In this document: positions 39,507-49,928 of the stretch, piece by piece
How positions within the stretch are numbered: position 1 is the stretch's first letter
Layout: each line of letters opens with the position of its first letter
DNA from: Planctomycetaceae bacterium
GTDB lineage: Bacteria; Planctomycetota; Planctomycetia; Pirellulales; Pirellulaceae
Reading direction: 5' to 3'
DNA length: 64,000 bases
Assembly: GCA_016795075.1 (NCBI GenBank)
Contig: JAEUIP010000001.1
Span: forward strand, 20,608 to 84,607
Made by a program: the position numbers and the translations under genes
Notes under the pieces: generated by a model
Told to the model about the DNA's origin: nothing
What the model saw: only the letters and a program-made list of their open reading frames with translations
Database searches by the model: none

Positions 39507-40840
39507 GAACTCTTGATCATACCCACGATCCTCACGCTCGTTCTTGGATCGAGTCCGCCAATTCGTCCACGACCGAATTTCCACCTCAAAATCTTCCTTT
39601 TGGCGTTTTTCAAGCGGACGGGCTACCGCGAGTGGGCGTGGCGATCGGCGACCAAGTCGTTTGTTTGGGAACGTTGGCAGAAGCCGGTTTCTTCAACGAT
39701 TCGCTGGGTGTGGCGATCCACGACCATGTGGACCTGACGGGGTTGATGAGTTTGTCGGTCGCCGAGCGACGCGCGCTGCGACACGAGCTGTTCCAGCTGT
39801 TGACCGATCCGCAATCGCGACTGGCCACGGACTCCCGGTTGCGTCAATCCGCGTTGAGATCCATCGACCAGGTCCAGTTGTTGAAGCCGGTCGAGGTGGG
39901 TGACTATACCGACTTTTACGCCAGTCTGTACCACGCGACGAACGTCGGCAGCATGTTCCGGCCCGATAATCCGCTGTTGCCCAATTGGAAACACTTGCCG
40001 ATCGGATACCACGGACGAGCGAGCAGCTTGGTGGTCAGTGGGACGGAGATTCGTCGCCCCAATGGCCAGTTGCCACCGGCTCAAGAAGGCGGTGCTCCAA
40101 CCTTCGGCCCGTGTCGGCAAATGGATTACGAACTGGAGGTCGGCGCGTACATTGCGCTCGGCAATCGCTTGGGTGAACCGATCTCATTGGCCGATGCCGA
40201 AGACTATTTGTTCGGCATCACATTGGTCAACGATTGGTCGGCGCGCGATATGCAGCGGTGGGAGTATCAACCGTTGGGTCCGTTTTTGGCCAAGTCCTTT
40301 GCGACTTCCGTTTCGCCATGGGTGGTCACCATGGAAGCATTGGCTCCGTTTCGGGGCCCGGCTTTTGAACGCTCATTGGATGACCCGACGCCGCTGCCCT
40401 ATTTGCAGAACGATACCAATGCGAAAACAGGCGGGATTCAACTGCAATTGGAAGTGAGCCTGTTGACCGAAGCGATGCGGCAACAGGGCTTGGCCCCGCA
40501 CCGACTCAGCCTAGGTTCATTCGGGAACATGTATTGGACGTTGGCGCAAATGTTGACGCATCACACGAGCAACGGTTGCAACCTACAACCTGGTGACCTG
40601 ATCGCCAGTGGAACGGTCAGCGGACCCACACGAGATTCGCGTGGGTGTCTGCTGGAACTAACTTGGGACGGCGAGTACGGCAAGCCGGTGCCCGGTTCGC
40701 AACGCACAGCCTTGAAGTTGCCCACCGGCGAGGAACGATTATTCTTGGCTGCAGGCGACGAAGTCCTGATTCGTGGTTGGTGCGAACATCCGGAGCGGCG
40801 AACCATCCATTTGGGTGAGTGTCGCGGGCAAGTTGTGTAA
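39503..40840 (+). CDS. fahA: fumarylacetoacetase
   Basis: The N-terminal SWIESANSSTTEFPPQNLPFGVF is followed by PIGYHGRASSLVVSGTEIRRPNGQ, YELEVGAYI and LVNDWSARDMQRWEYQPLGPFLAKSFATS, and the protein is about 445 aa long. Confidence 0.9.
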   Translation: MRTLDHTHDPHARSWIESANSSTTEFPPQNLPFGVFQADGLPRVGVAIGDQVVCLGTLAEAGFFNDSLGVAIHDHVDLTGLMSLSVAERRALRHELFQLLTDPQSRLATDSRLRQSALRSIDQVQLLKPVEVGDYTDFYASLYHATNVGSMFRPDNPLLPNWKHLPIGYHGRASSLVVSGTEIRRPNGQLPPAQEGGAPTFGPCRQMDYELEVGAYIALGNRLGEPISLADAEDYLFGITLVNDWSARDMQRWEYQPLGPFLAKSFATSVSPWVVTMEALAPFRGPAFERSLDDPTPLPYLQNDTNAKTGGIQLQLEVSLLTEAMRQQGLAPHRLSLGSFGNMYWTLAQMLTHHTSNGCNLQPGDLIASGTVSGPTRDSRGCLLELTWDGEYGKPVPGSQRTALKLPTGEERLFLAAGDEVLIRGWCEHPERRTIHLGECRGQVV

Positions 40841-41011
40841 AACAGATGCCCAACGCTTTTTTCGCAAACGCTAACAACATGTACAGTGACGTGGTGCAAA
40901 TCGTTCTGAAGACTACCGGCGAGTAACGCTTGACTCAATTCCACGCTTTACACCGCCGAATCGACGACTTGTGGATCGTACCAACCCTCCCATTCCAAGC
41001 CGAGGATCACC

Positions 41012-41872
41012 ATGGCAGAAAGCCCCATCTTTCATTCCCCAAGTAGCGATCCACAGATGGATCAAGCAACAGCCAAAGCCCGTCAGACCTTCAAATTCTT
41101 CTGGCGTGAAATGGCCTGGGAGCGGCGACGTATTGTTCCGGGATTGGACGTGGCGGCTGTCAAAGTTGCGTGCTCCGATCCACCGGAAATTCGCGCACAA
41201 AATCCCGATGGACTTGAAGTGGAACACATGTGGATCGTGGACGTCGACTTCGACGGAAAGCGGATCCAAGGGACGCTTATCAATTCACCGCACACGTTGC
41301 GATCCTTCGAAGAAGGGGACCAAGTGACGGTCACCGGCAAGCAACTGAGCGACTGGATGTATGCGATCGCTGGACATGTCTATGGCGGCTTTACAGTGGA
41401 CGTGCTTCGGTCACGGATGTCGACGTCAGAGCGAACCCAACATGACAAAGCTTGGGGGCTCGACTTTGGACCGGTTGGCGTCGTGCCGATCGTCCCACCC
41501 GATTACATTGGCGACCCGGCACCGAAGAAGAAGGGGTTGTTTTCGTTTTTTGGCGCAGCCACAGCGCCGGCCCCGCAAGACTATGCCAAAGTCGCCGCAA
41601 CGGAACATCCCATGTCCGTCAACATGCGGCAGTCGTTGGAGGCAACGCTGGCGAAGAACCCGAGCTTGGTTCATGAAACCGATGATCATGGCTACAACTT
41701 CTTGCATCAGTTGTCATTAGCGGGATCGTATGACGGAGTTGATATTTGCCTGAAATGTGGTGCTGACCCGAAGAAGCCCGCACGGAACGGCATGACGCCT
41801 TTGGCACTGGCGAAATGTTTGGGCTGGAAACGAGTTATCGAACGATTGCAACAAGCGGGTGCGACGAACTGA
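41012..41872 (+). CDS. DUF2314 domain protein with C-terminal ankyrin repeats
   Basis: AKARQTFKFFWREM...VEHMWIVDVDFDGKRIQGTLINSPHTLRSFEEGDQVTVTGKQLSDWMY fits the DUF2314 pattern. The C-terminal DDHGYNFLHQLSLAGSYDGVDICLKCGADPKKPARNGMTPLALA is ankyrin-like. Confidence 0.7.
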   Translation: MAESPIFHSPSSDPQMDQATAKARQTFKFFWREMAWERRRIVPGLDVAAVKVACSDPPEIRAQNPDGLEVEHMWIVDVDFDGKRIQGTLINSPHTLRSFEEGDQVTVTGKQLSDWMYAIAGHVYGGFTVDVLRSRMSTSERTQHDKAWGLDFGPVGVVPIVPPDYIGDPAPKKKGLFSFFGAATAPAPQDYAKVAATEHPMSVNMRQSLEATLAKNPSLVHETDDHGYNFLHQLSLAGSYDGVDICLKCGADPKKPARNGMTPLALAKCLGWKRVIERLQQAGATN

Positions 41873-42044
41873 GGTTGGACCACATCGCGCGGAGTGATGG
41901 ATGGAGGCGAGGACGCATGCCTTTTCCTGTATGGTAATTTGGGCCGCACCATGGAGCTGTTTTGTCGGCAAAGGGGGTAACACCTACGCCAAATGTGTCA
42001 TGTTGGCGAGCCGGGCGTGCTGCGGACTGGTTGTGTTGAATCGA

Positions 42045-42362
42045 TCAACTTGTCAAGTTTGAGGAGTCTTGGGAGGTCGAGAGTATCCGCAATACTGTAA
42101 CGGTTGTTTCCTCGATTTGGTAAAGCACTCGGTGAGTGTGTTAAGCTGCGACACCAAACAACAAATGACGAATCTCAACACCTATGCGGTCCGATTCTCG
42201 GGCGACTGGACAACGATAAGGCAATCGCTCAAGAGAGTAAATCTTTTCGATGGCGGCAACATACCATCGCTCCGCTTCATCCTTTGAACGATTGGCACTC
42301 CACCAATCGACAATGTGGCGAATATCCGCTTGCGCCGCAGCGGAGAGAAAAACGTCAAACAC
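42045..42362 (-). pseudogene. ParE/RelE-family toxin gene interrupted by an in-frame TAA (42141-42143)
   Basis: The N-terminal 73 codons read ...AAAQADIRHIVDWWSANRSKDEAERWYVAAIEKIYSLERLPYRCPVARE...IRHLLFG. After the TAA the same frame continues HTHRVLYQIEETTVTVLRIL..., which is the conserved ParE C-terminus (Y-R-[IV]-[LI]-Y...V-x-[IV]-L-R-[IV]). Confidence 0.7.
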
Positions 42363-42616
42363 TACACATCAGTACGTCTCGCAAACGCCATTTCTTCACG
42401 GAAAGCCGTGTCAAAATCAACGAGCGGTGACACTCTCCCGCTCCTAGCATCTTCAATACCCAATCGAATTGCTTCGAGATCTGCCGCCTGTTTGATAAGT
42501 TGATTGACGTACTTTTCAACGCTGTTGAAACCCGCAGCGGTAGCCACTTGAATCGCTACTTCCTCATTGAATACCTGAATCTGCATGTTCAGCAACTCCT
42601 GGTTCATGGTTACCAC
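42362..42616 (-). CDS. ParD-like type II antitoxin
   Basis: The 84-aa protein lies immediately upstream of the toxin, with a 1-nt overlap (TAG/GTG). The C-terminal ...LEAIRLGIEDARSGRVSPLVDFDTAF resembles ParD-family antitoxins. Confidence 0.6.
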   Translation of the reverse strand: MVTMNQELLNMQIQVFNEEVAIQVATAAGFNSVEKYVNQLIKQAADLEAIRLGIEDARSGRVSPLVDFDTAFREEMAFARRTDV

Positions 42617-42929
42617 ATTGGATTATTCACAATTGAGTCAATCCGTCAACAATAATTCCGCTCAAACCCCAGAAAACACATGGTTCGAGTTGGCAGTAGA
42701 TTCGGTCGCCAATTGGACACGGTCGGTGTCAGCAGTTGATTACGGACCGAGGGATACTTGATCTCCAGCGGTCGTCCGGCGGCATCCAAGGAATTGACGG
42801 TTTGGACACTGCTGTCGGAACACTGGTCGAATTGGTCTCAAGCGTCCGAGCTTGCGAGCGTGAACCATTGCGGTTAAGGTTGGTCCGCGCCGCCCGCTGC
42901 CGAAATCGTTACCTGATTAGAAAGTCTCT

Positions 42930-43874
42930 GTGTCCAACCTCCCCGTTCCGCGACCAATGTCAGCTGGCATGGGTGTGCTCACGATCTTGATGACTTTGGT
43001 GGGTTGGTCCAGCATCCCGCTGTTCCTGCGGTATTACTCCGAACATATCGATCCGTGGACGAGCAACGGTTGGCGTTATGGTGCCAGCGCTTTGTTCTGG
43101 GCGCCGGTGTTGATTGTGACCGCAGTCCGAGGACGCTGGCCAGCTGGACTATGGCGTGCGGCCTTGATACCCGGTTCGATCAATGTGTGTGGGCAAATTT
43201 GTTTTGTCTGGGCCCATTATCAAATTGAACCTGGATTGTTGACGTTTGGATTGCGAAGCCAAATCCTGTTCGCCGCCGTCGGTGCCTATCTCTTGTTTCC
43301 ACCCGAACGAGCCGTGATTCGCACGCCGAGTTATTTGTGGGGTGCTTTGTTGGTGCTGACAGGTACCAGCGGTTCGATCTTGTTGAGCCCCCATTCGATC
43401 GACTGGAGCCGGCTATCGGGATTCGGATTGGCGGTCGCCAGTGGCGGATTGTTCGCCTGCTATGCCTTGTCCGTTCGCAAATACTTGCCGGGCGTCAGTT
43501 CCGTGATGGCGTTTGCCGCCATCAGTCAGTTAACAGCGATCGTGATGGTGGCGCTCATGTTCGTATTGGGGCAACGATATGGTGCAGATGTGTGGAACTT
43601 GAGTCGAGAACAAATTGTTTGGTTGCTGATGTCGGCATTGATTGGAATCGCCTTGGGACACGTGTTTTATTACATGTCGATCGCCCGCTTGGGCGTTGCC
43701 GTTTCGGCCGGTGTTCTGCAATTGCAACCGTTCTTGGTTGCTGTTGCATCGTACTTGCTGTTTGGTGAAGTCCTCCAAGTCGGACAATGGCTGGCCGGTG
43801 GCGTCGCCATTGGTGGAGCGATGTTGATGCTGGCGATCCAATTGAGGGTCAGCCAACAACGAAATAGCGGTTGA
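42930..43874 (+). CDS. EamA/DMT-family transporter
   Basis: It has about 10 TM helices in two EamA-like halves. Confidence 0.75.
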   Translation: MSNLPVPRPMSAGMGVLTILMTLVGWSSIPLFLRYYSEHIDPWTSNGWRYGASALFWAPVLIVTAVRGRWPAGLWRAALIPGSINVCGQICFVWAHYQIEPGLLTFGLRSQILFAAVGAYLLFPPERAVIRTPSYLWGALLVLTGTSGSILLSPHSIDWSRLSGFGLAVASGGLFACYALSVRKYLPGVSSVMAFAAISQLTAIVMVALMFVLGQRYGADVWNLSREQIVWLLMSALIGIALGHVFYYMSIARLGVAVSAGVLQLQPFLVAVASYLLFGEVLQVGQWLAGGVAIGGAMLMLAIQLRVSQQRNSG

Positions 43875-44171
43875 TGTGCGGAAAAGCCTGACAAGTGTCG
43901 CCCACCGTTGGTTCACGGTGTCGATACTCCTACCAGGAAGCCATTCAAACGTACATCCGGAGCAATTCACAGCGCGGGCTTGTTCGGATTCCCACCCAAC
44001 CAAGCTTTGCGAACCGGTCAACTCCCAAGGCAGGATTTCTCCACGCACTGATTCGACTCGAAACGGCTCTTCATGTCATGCACGTCGCGGTGCTGGGCTG
44101 TGTTAAAGCCCAATGCACCTGCGATTGCTAATGTCGAGACGCTCGTTGGCTTGAACCTAGTTGCCCTGGTG

Positions 44172-47100
44172 CTAGTTGGCCTGGCGTAGGGTTGTGGTCG
44201 TATTGTGGTATAAGACCGGCGTATCCTTGCCGTCACCGTTGAAGTCACCGGCGATTGGATATCCTTCACCGTCCATCTCGAAGACCCGATCGGCGGCATC
44301 CAGTTGGCGATTCCCGTTGGTATCGATGTACCAACGACCGGCTCGATAGATTGCCAAGTCGGAAATCCCGTCGCCGTCAAAATCACCGACAACGGGGATG
44401 TCGCCGACTTGACCGAATTGGAATGGTTGGTCGCGATCATCCAACTTGCCATCGCCATTGGAGTCGATTGTCCAGGCTCCGTTGTTGAACACACCAATTT
44501 GCGTGATGCCGTCGCCATTGAAGTCGCCCGAGATCGCGACGTCTCCTTCCTGACCGAACGAGAAGACGTGGTCAATCACATCCGCGCGATTTCGTCCGAC
44601 GACGCCTTGCTTCAAGACGCGACTGCCTTCGACCGATTCGTCGATCATCGGTGGGATATTCTTGGGACGCGTGTAGCGATGGTTTTCGCGATCCGGTAAC
44701 CCAGGCTCGCGGGAAATCGCGTACTCGTCGCCCTGCCATTGTGGTCCGAAGATTCCAATGTCGTCTTTGCCGTCGCCGTCCCAATCACCAACCACGGCTT
44801 GGTCGTCGGCGTTCCCCAAACGAATCATCAAGTCGCTATTGTCCCAGCTACCGTTTCCATTCGAGTCGATAAACCAATAGCCATCTTTGAAGATTGCGAT
44901 TTGGTCGATCCCATCACCATTGAAGTCGCCCACCAACGGTTGACTACCGAGCGTGCCAAAGTTCGAACTGATGTCGGCCTTCTTCAAGCTGCCCTTGTCA
45001 TCTTCCGTCGTGAAGGTCCATTGACCTTGTTCCATCGCGAATCGATTCCAATCCAATTCGGACAGATAGCCAACTTCGTGCCACGGTCCACTACCACCAT
45101 CTTGGGCTTCGCGGGGCGTCCCGTCGTTAATCACACTCAAGTGCCACGAATTGGCTGGTAGCGGGTTCGTTGGCGTGGCGTTGAATCCGATTCCAACAAA
45201 GACGTTGGAGTTGATTCCTTGATGGCCCAACAGACCCCCAAACCCTGTCAACGGAACACCGGGACCAGGCGGGTTGCCATTTACCGGTGGCAACTGCGGA
45301 ATGTTGGGCAGTTCCGGTGTTGGTGGCGGTGGCGGAGGCAATTGGGACACCAAGACTTCCGTGAAATTGTTCTGCATCGACACTTGCCCGCTGTTGACCC
45401 GCACATTGGCCAAAGTGTCCAGCAACTGTTGTTGACCAAAGGTCGAGATCAGCGATTGCGGAGCCGTACTGGCCATGTCCAGGCTGTTGAACGCGACACC
45501 AGTTGTCGTACCCACATAATTGTTGGCATCCACGTACCCGACGGGTTGGGATTGCAAAACAATATAGTTGCCGGCCTGCAATCCCTCGAACTTGTAGTTG
45601 CCTTGCGCATCGGTCATCACATACACCGGCGAGTTGGCGCCACTGATGTGTGAGTAATGTTGGCCCAACACTTCGCTCAACATGACTGGCCGAGGTGCAA
45701 TTTCTTGCGATGTCGGATCGATGTACCAGTACAGCGCCATCCGCACTCCGCCAATGGCTCGGTCATCGGATGTGAACTGGCCGTCCCGCAGGGACCGATA
45801 ATTGGCAGGGACCAAGCCATCTTGAGTTTGAAATGCCGGCCCGTCTTGAAAGACTTTTCCAGTGATCGCGGCTCCGGTGACCTCACAGAAGTTGTACTGA
45901 ACCAAATTGAAGTTTGATTTCAGCACGATGTTCGAGATGAGGTTTTCGGTAGCCGTACCCGGTTTCACATCCGGGTGCCCCATCAGGTAGCCAACCTTTT
46001 GACCGTCCGTGAAGTAATCCATCGGCTGGGTCTGACGAACCGAATAAGTTCCCGGCAATAGCTCCTTGAACTCGTAGAACCCGTCTTTGTTCGTCATCGT
46101 GGTCTTGATGACGTTCCCATTCTGATCCAACAACTGCATGGTCACATTTGCGATGGGCAAATCGCCCGCCGAATCTGGAGTACAGTTACCGTCGGAATCC
46201 ACGTTAACGTATCCCGAAATGGAGCTCAGCTTGAACTCGCCGAAGTCGTATCGCACGCCCGCATCGCCATCGCGAATCGTGATTTTGGTGAACAAGTCGT
46301 TGCTGGTTGTGCCACCGAGCGAGCCAACCGAATCTTTGCCATCCACCCATCCACTTGGCTGAATCTGTTGGACCTGGTATTCACCGGCGCGCAGATTTTC
46401 GAACTTGTATTGTCCATTTGCGTCGGTGATCGCCGTCAGAACCATCTGCGTGCCACCGTTGTTGATCATGACCGGCGTTCCGTCCGCATGGAGCAGCCGA
46501 ATCGTCACACCGGAGATCCCTTCTTCGCCACTGTCGATCACACCGTTGTCGTTGCGATCATGAAAGACTCGGCCCGCAACACTCGCGGGCAGGTGTTCAC
46601 AGAATCCGTATTTGATGCCCGCTTGTCCGGACATCAAGTTGATCTGCGAGATGGTGTCGTTGGCGGAAACAACCCCTTGGCTCAAACCGTTGACGGTTCC
46701 AATATGATCCGCTCCATCGAGGTAAGCGGCGGGTTGAATCTGTTTGATCGTGTACGATCCGGGGAATAGTCCCGTAAATTCGAATGTGCCATCCGACTTG
46801 GTCTTGGTCGTGCTGACCATTTGACCTCGCGAGTTGTACAACTCGATGGTCACCCCTTGGATGCCGACATAAGTCGCATCGCCGGGCTTGGTGCAGTTGC
46901 CGTTTCGGTCGACTTGCGAAACGTAACCTTCGATCGTGACTGGCTTCAGTTCGCCGAAGTTGTTGTTCAGGCTGTTATCCCCGGCATGCAGCAAGACCTG
47001 GGTGTGCTGATCTTCGCCACTAATACCCCGCGTCGTGCCATTGACCGAGCCGACCATATCCTTGCCGTCAAGGAAGCCCGTCAACGGGTTGGTTTGATTG

Positions 47101-48509
47101 GGGTATTGATTGATTTCAATGATCTCGTAAACACCCGGAGGCAATCCCATCACGGAGTAGTAACCATTGCTGTCGGTCGTGACCGTGATGTTGTTCCAGT
47201 TGGCAAACACGTCGGAGGTTTGCAAACCAGCGGTGCGGCGCACCAAGATTTGCACGTTGGCCAGCCCTTCTTCACCCGTTTCCATCAGGCCGTTGTCGTT
47301 GCGGTCATGGAACACGTGACCCGACAATTGGACTGGCAACACTTCGCAGAAATCGTAGTTGATTCCGTGCATGTCGCCCTTCGGAATGATGATGCCGGCT
47401 AGAATATTCGGCTGATTATCGGAAATCGTATGTATCGATCCGGTGCGATTGCCAGATACGGTTCCGGGCATTGCTCCGACACTCAAATAACCATCGGGCT
47501 GAGTTTCGACCACACGATATGTGCCTGGCTTCAAACCTAAATCCACGCCGAATTTGTAATCACCCTGAGCGTCGGTAGTCGTGGTAGCGACTTGTTCGTA
47601 TTGGCCATTGGCATTCAAACGTTCCAATGTCAATTTGACATTGGCAAGCCCCGTTTCGGTGCCGTCCTGAATGCAATTGATATTGCTATCGTGATAGACT
47701 CGGCCCGAAATTGAAATTGGCTTCTCGATCAGATTGTAGCCATCCCATGCGGCAGCCGTTCGGTCCAAATGCCCACCGCCATTGTCGGTCTCTAGATCCA
47801 AGGTCTGCTTCGTCAACTGGTTGGCGACGGTCATGAAGTTATCGTAGTAGTCCCAGAACTTGCCCGAAGTTTCGCCACCCGCACCGTTGATCGTGAGTCG
47901 CTCCATGGTGTAGTGTGGGTCGACAAAGTTGGCCTGAAACATCGAGGTTTCCATCTCGGTTCCGGACACGATCTTGTCGGGACGGAGTGTCTCGATTTCG
48001 TCGGTATCGATCGTAAATGCCAACTTATCTCCGGCTTCGAAGTTCTTGAGTTGAACCTCCAGCATCAAACCATTGTTCGATACTCTCCAACTGACGACAT
48101 CCGAGGCGACAAGACCGCGGCTATTCGCGGCGTCAAACACAAACGCGTGGGCATCCCCCGCGCCTTCAATCGTTGGAGTCGAATGGAAAATGATATCGCC
48201 CCGAGTTCGACCACCACTGAGATCTTTATCTCCGTTGATAACGAAGTTGGTCAGCTGTGTGGTCTCGGACCCACCTTGAAAGGTCACTTCGAAATAGTCC
48301 GGGCTTAAATCCGCACCGTTGTCTGTTTCGAAGAACGTGATTCCGGCAGCGACCGGGTTCGCCGACAACACGCGACGATCTTCCAAGCGTTCGATCCGAC
48401 ATTGGCGATAGGCGCCGGCTCGTTGGTCTTGACGATTGGCCCCTGACTCGGAAGGCACGGTGGCAGATGCACCAAACACCAACTTAGAGAAGCTGCGGAG
48501 AAGCGACAT
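44172..48509 (-). CDS. giant secreted protein: N-terminal planctomycetal ...ERLEDRRVLSA motif, six SdrD-B/Cna-B-like repeats, Pro-rich linker, C-terminal FG-GAP/VCBS repeats
   Basis: Six repeats fit [IL]-[SA]-G-x-V-[FY]-x-D...G-[IL]-x-[GN]-V...T-D-x-x-G-x-Y-x-F...L-x-x-G-x-Y (e.g. ISGRVYHDSNINC..., LSGHVFHDRNDNG...). A PPPPPPTPELP linker follows. At least five GDFNGDG/GDWDGDG/GDFDGDG repeats lie at the C-terminus. Confidence 0.9.
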   Translation of the reverse strand: MSLLRSFSKLVFGASATVPSESGANRQDQRAGAYRQCRIERLEDRRVLSANPVAAGITFFETDNGADLSPDYFEVTFQGGSETTQLTNFVINGDKDLSGGRTRGDIIFHSTPTIEGAGDAHAFVFDAANSRGLVASDVVSWRVSNNGLMLEVQLKNFEAGDKLAFTIDTDEIETLRPDKIVSGTEMETSMFQANFVDPHYTMERLTINGAGGETSGKFWDYYDNFMTVANQLTKQTLDLETDNGGGHLDRTAAAWDGYNLIEKPISISGRVYHDSNINCIQDGTETGLANVKLTLERLNANGQYEQVATTTTDAQGDYKFGVDLGLKPGTYRVVETQPDGYLSVGAMPGTVSGNRTGSIHTISDNQPNILAGIIIPKGDMHGINYDFCEVLPVQLSGHVFHDRNDNGLMETGEEGLANVQILVRRTAGLQTSDVFANWNNITVTTDSNGYYSVMGLPPGVYEIIEINQYPNQTNPLTGFLDGKDMVGSVNGTTRGISGEDQHTQVLLHAGDNSLNNNFGELKPVTIEGYVSQVDRNGNCTKPGDATYVGIQGVTIELYNSRGQMVSTTKTKSDGTFEFTGLFPGSYTIKQIQPAAYLDGADHIGTVNGLSQGVVSANDTISQINLMSGQAGIKYGFCEHLPASVAGRVFHDRNDNGVIDSGEEGISGVTIRLLHADGTPVMINNGGTQMVLTAITDANGQYKFENLRAGEYQVQQIQPSGWVDGKDSVGSLGGTTSNDLFTKITIRDGDAGVRYDFGEFKLSSISGYVNVDSDGNCTPDSAGDLPIANVTMQLLDQNGNVIKTTMTNKDGFYEFKELLPGTYSVRQTQPMDYFTDGQKVGYLMGHPDVKPGTATENLISNIVLKSNFNLVQYNFCEVTGAAITGKVFQDGPAFQTQDGLVPANYRSLRDGQFTSDDRAIGGVRMALYWYIDPTSQEIAPRPVMLSEVLGQHYSHISGANSPVYVMTDAQGNYKFEGLQAGNYIVLQSQPVGYVDANNYVGTTTGVAFNSLDMASTAPQSLISTFGQQQLLDTLANVRVNSGQVSMQNNFTEVLVSQLPPPPPPTPELPNIPQLPPVNGNPPGPGVPLTGFGGLLGHQGINSNVFVGIGFNATPTNPLPANSWHLSVINDGTPREAQDGGSGPWHEVGYLSELDWNRFAMEQGQWTFTTEDDKGSLKKADISSNFGTLGSQPLVGDFNGDGIDQIAIFKDGYWFIDSNGNGSWDNSDLMIRLGNADDQAVVGDWDGDGKDDIGIFGPQWQGDEYAISREPGLPDRENHRYTRPKNIPPMIDESVEGSRVLKQGVVGRNRADVIDHVFSFGQEGDVAISGDFNGDGITQIGVFNNGAWTIDSNGDGKLDDRDQPFQFGQVGDIPVVGDFDGDGISDLAIYRAGRWYIDTNGNRQLDAADRVFEMDGEGYPIAGDFNGDGKDTPVLYHNTTTTLRQAN

Positions 48510-48615
48510 GTCACGGTTTCCTTCGGCGAAACGGAATGAGACGATGGATGTTCACGGGGAGGATTGGTTGTGAGCCCGGGCCTTTGACAAACCTCAAGTC
48601 TGCCATGAGCGATGG

Positions 48616-49758
48616 CTAACGGATGGAGCGAATCGGAAGCAAGGGTGGCGATGGCTCGGGACGACTCGCGGCTCGTTCGTTGGCCGACGGGACGCCAAGA
48701 GCCGGTAGGTCGAAACTGGCCGAGGGCGCCGGCAACGAGCGATGGGTGTCCACCGCGACCGTAATGCCATCCTGCGCTTGCCAGACCCGGGTTTCTCCGT
48801 CGTAACTTCCTGAAATGAGTTTCCCATCCGCATAGGCCAAACTACTGATGGTTCCCTGGTGTCCCTCTAAATAGCCGATTGTCTTCTTTCCCTGAATATC
48901 AATCAGGTGAATTCGGTTGTGACTGCCACCGCACGCAATCAAGGTCTGCGACAAAACAGCCAACGAATACAACTTTCCAGGCATCGTGGCAACGAGCTCC
49001 GATCCAGTCGCAGAGCCCAGGTCGGTCCGGTAAATAGTCCGATCCTCACTAATACTCACGATTTGGTCGGCTTGAATGAAATGGATGCCTTGGATTCGTT
49101 GCTGATGGATCGCGGCCTGAGAAATCGATTTCCATTGCGGACTGGCCTTTTCCCAGACAAACAACTGGCCAGCACGCCCACCCGCTGCCAACCGTTGACC
49201 ATCCGGTGAAAATGCAATCGCTCGCAAATCGCCACTCGGACATTTCAAACTGGCCACTTTTCTTCCGGTCGCGACTTCAAAAATTCGAACGGTTGAATCG
49301 AACCCAACCGCAGCGACCAAACTTCCGTCCGGCGAAAATGCAATCGCTTCAATCGACGCGTTTTCGGTCGCGAAAATCCCCCAGCGTTTTTCCTCCAAGT
49401 CCCACTTCAGAATGCGGCGATCCGAACCAGCCGTCAACAAAGTGGTCCCATTCGGCGAAAACGCAATCGTTCGAACCCAGTCTTCGTGGCCTGGCAACGT
49501 CTGGATCAAGCGACCCGATGTGATATCGATCAAGTGGACGATGTGGTCGTCACCAACCACGACCGCTTCGTTGGTTCCAGGCCGCAGGGCAATACCCGTG
49601 ACCACCGGTGAAACGTCGCCGACCCGATGGGAATCGACAATTCGACTGGGCCAATTCAAACGCTCTTGGGCCATCGCCGGAGACAGTGGACCTGCACCCA
49701 CCATGAACCCAGCCAATATGCCCGCCAGGCCACCGTGTAATATCTTGGTTTGCATCAA
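48616..49758 (-). CDS. secreted WD40-repeat beta-propeller protein
   Basis: A signal peptide is followed by repeats IAFSPNGTTLLTAGSDRRILKWDL, IAFSPDGSLVAAVGFDSTVRIFEV and IAFSPDGQRLAAGGRAGQLFVWE. Confidence 0.85.
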   Translation of the reverse strand: MMQTKILHGGLAGILAGFMVGAGPLSPAMAQERLNWPSRIVDSHRVGDVSPVVTGIALRPGTNEAVVVGDDHIVHLIDITSGRLIQTLPGHEDWVRTIAFSPNGTTLLTAGSDRRILKWDLEEKRWGIFATENASIEAIAFSPDGSLVAAVGFDSTVRIFEVATGRKVASLKCPSGDLRAIAFSPDGQRLAAGGRAGQLFVWEKASPQWKSISQAAIHQQRIQGIHFIQADQIVSISEDRTIYRTDLGSATGSELVATMPGKLYSLAVLSQTLIACGGSHNRIHLIDIQGKKTIGYLEGHQGTISSLAYADGKLISGSYDGETRVWQAQDGITVAVDTHRSLPAPSASFDLPALGVPSANERAASRPEPSPPLLPIRSIR

Positions 49759-49928
49759 TGTTCAGCCGTGGTTTGTGGGTTGCTCGCGATTGGATTGGCT
49801 CCCCGCCTGACTCCAAAGCGCACCTCCGCCGGGGCACACAAAGCCCAGACTCTCGTAGAACATATCGGCAAATCGCTACGAAAGAAAAAATCAAAACAAG
49901 CTAGCAACGGCAATATTCGCCAAGTGCT

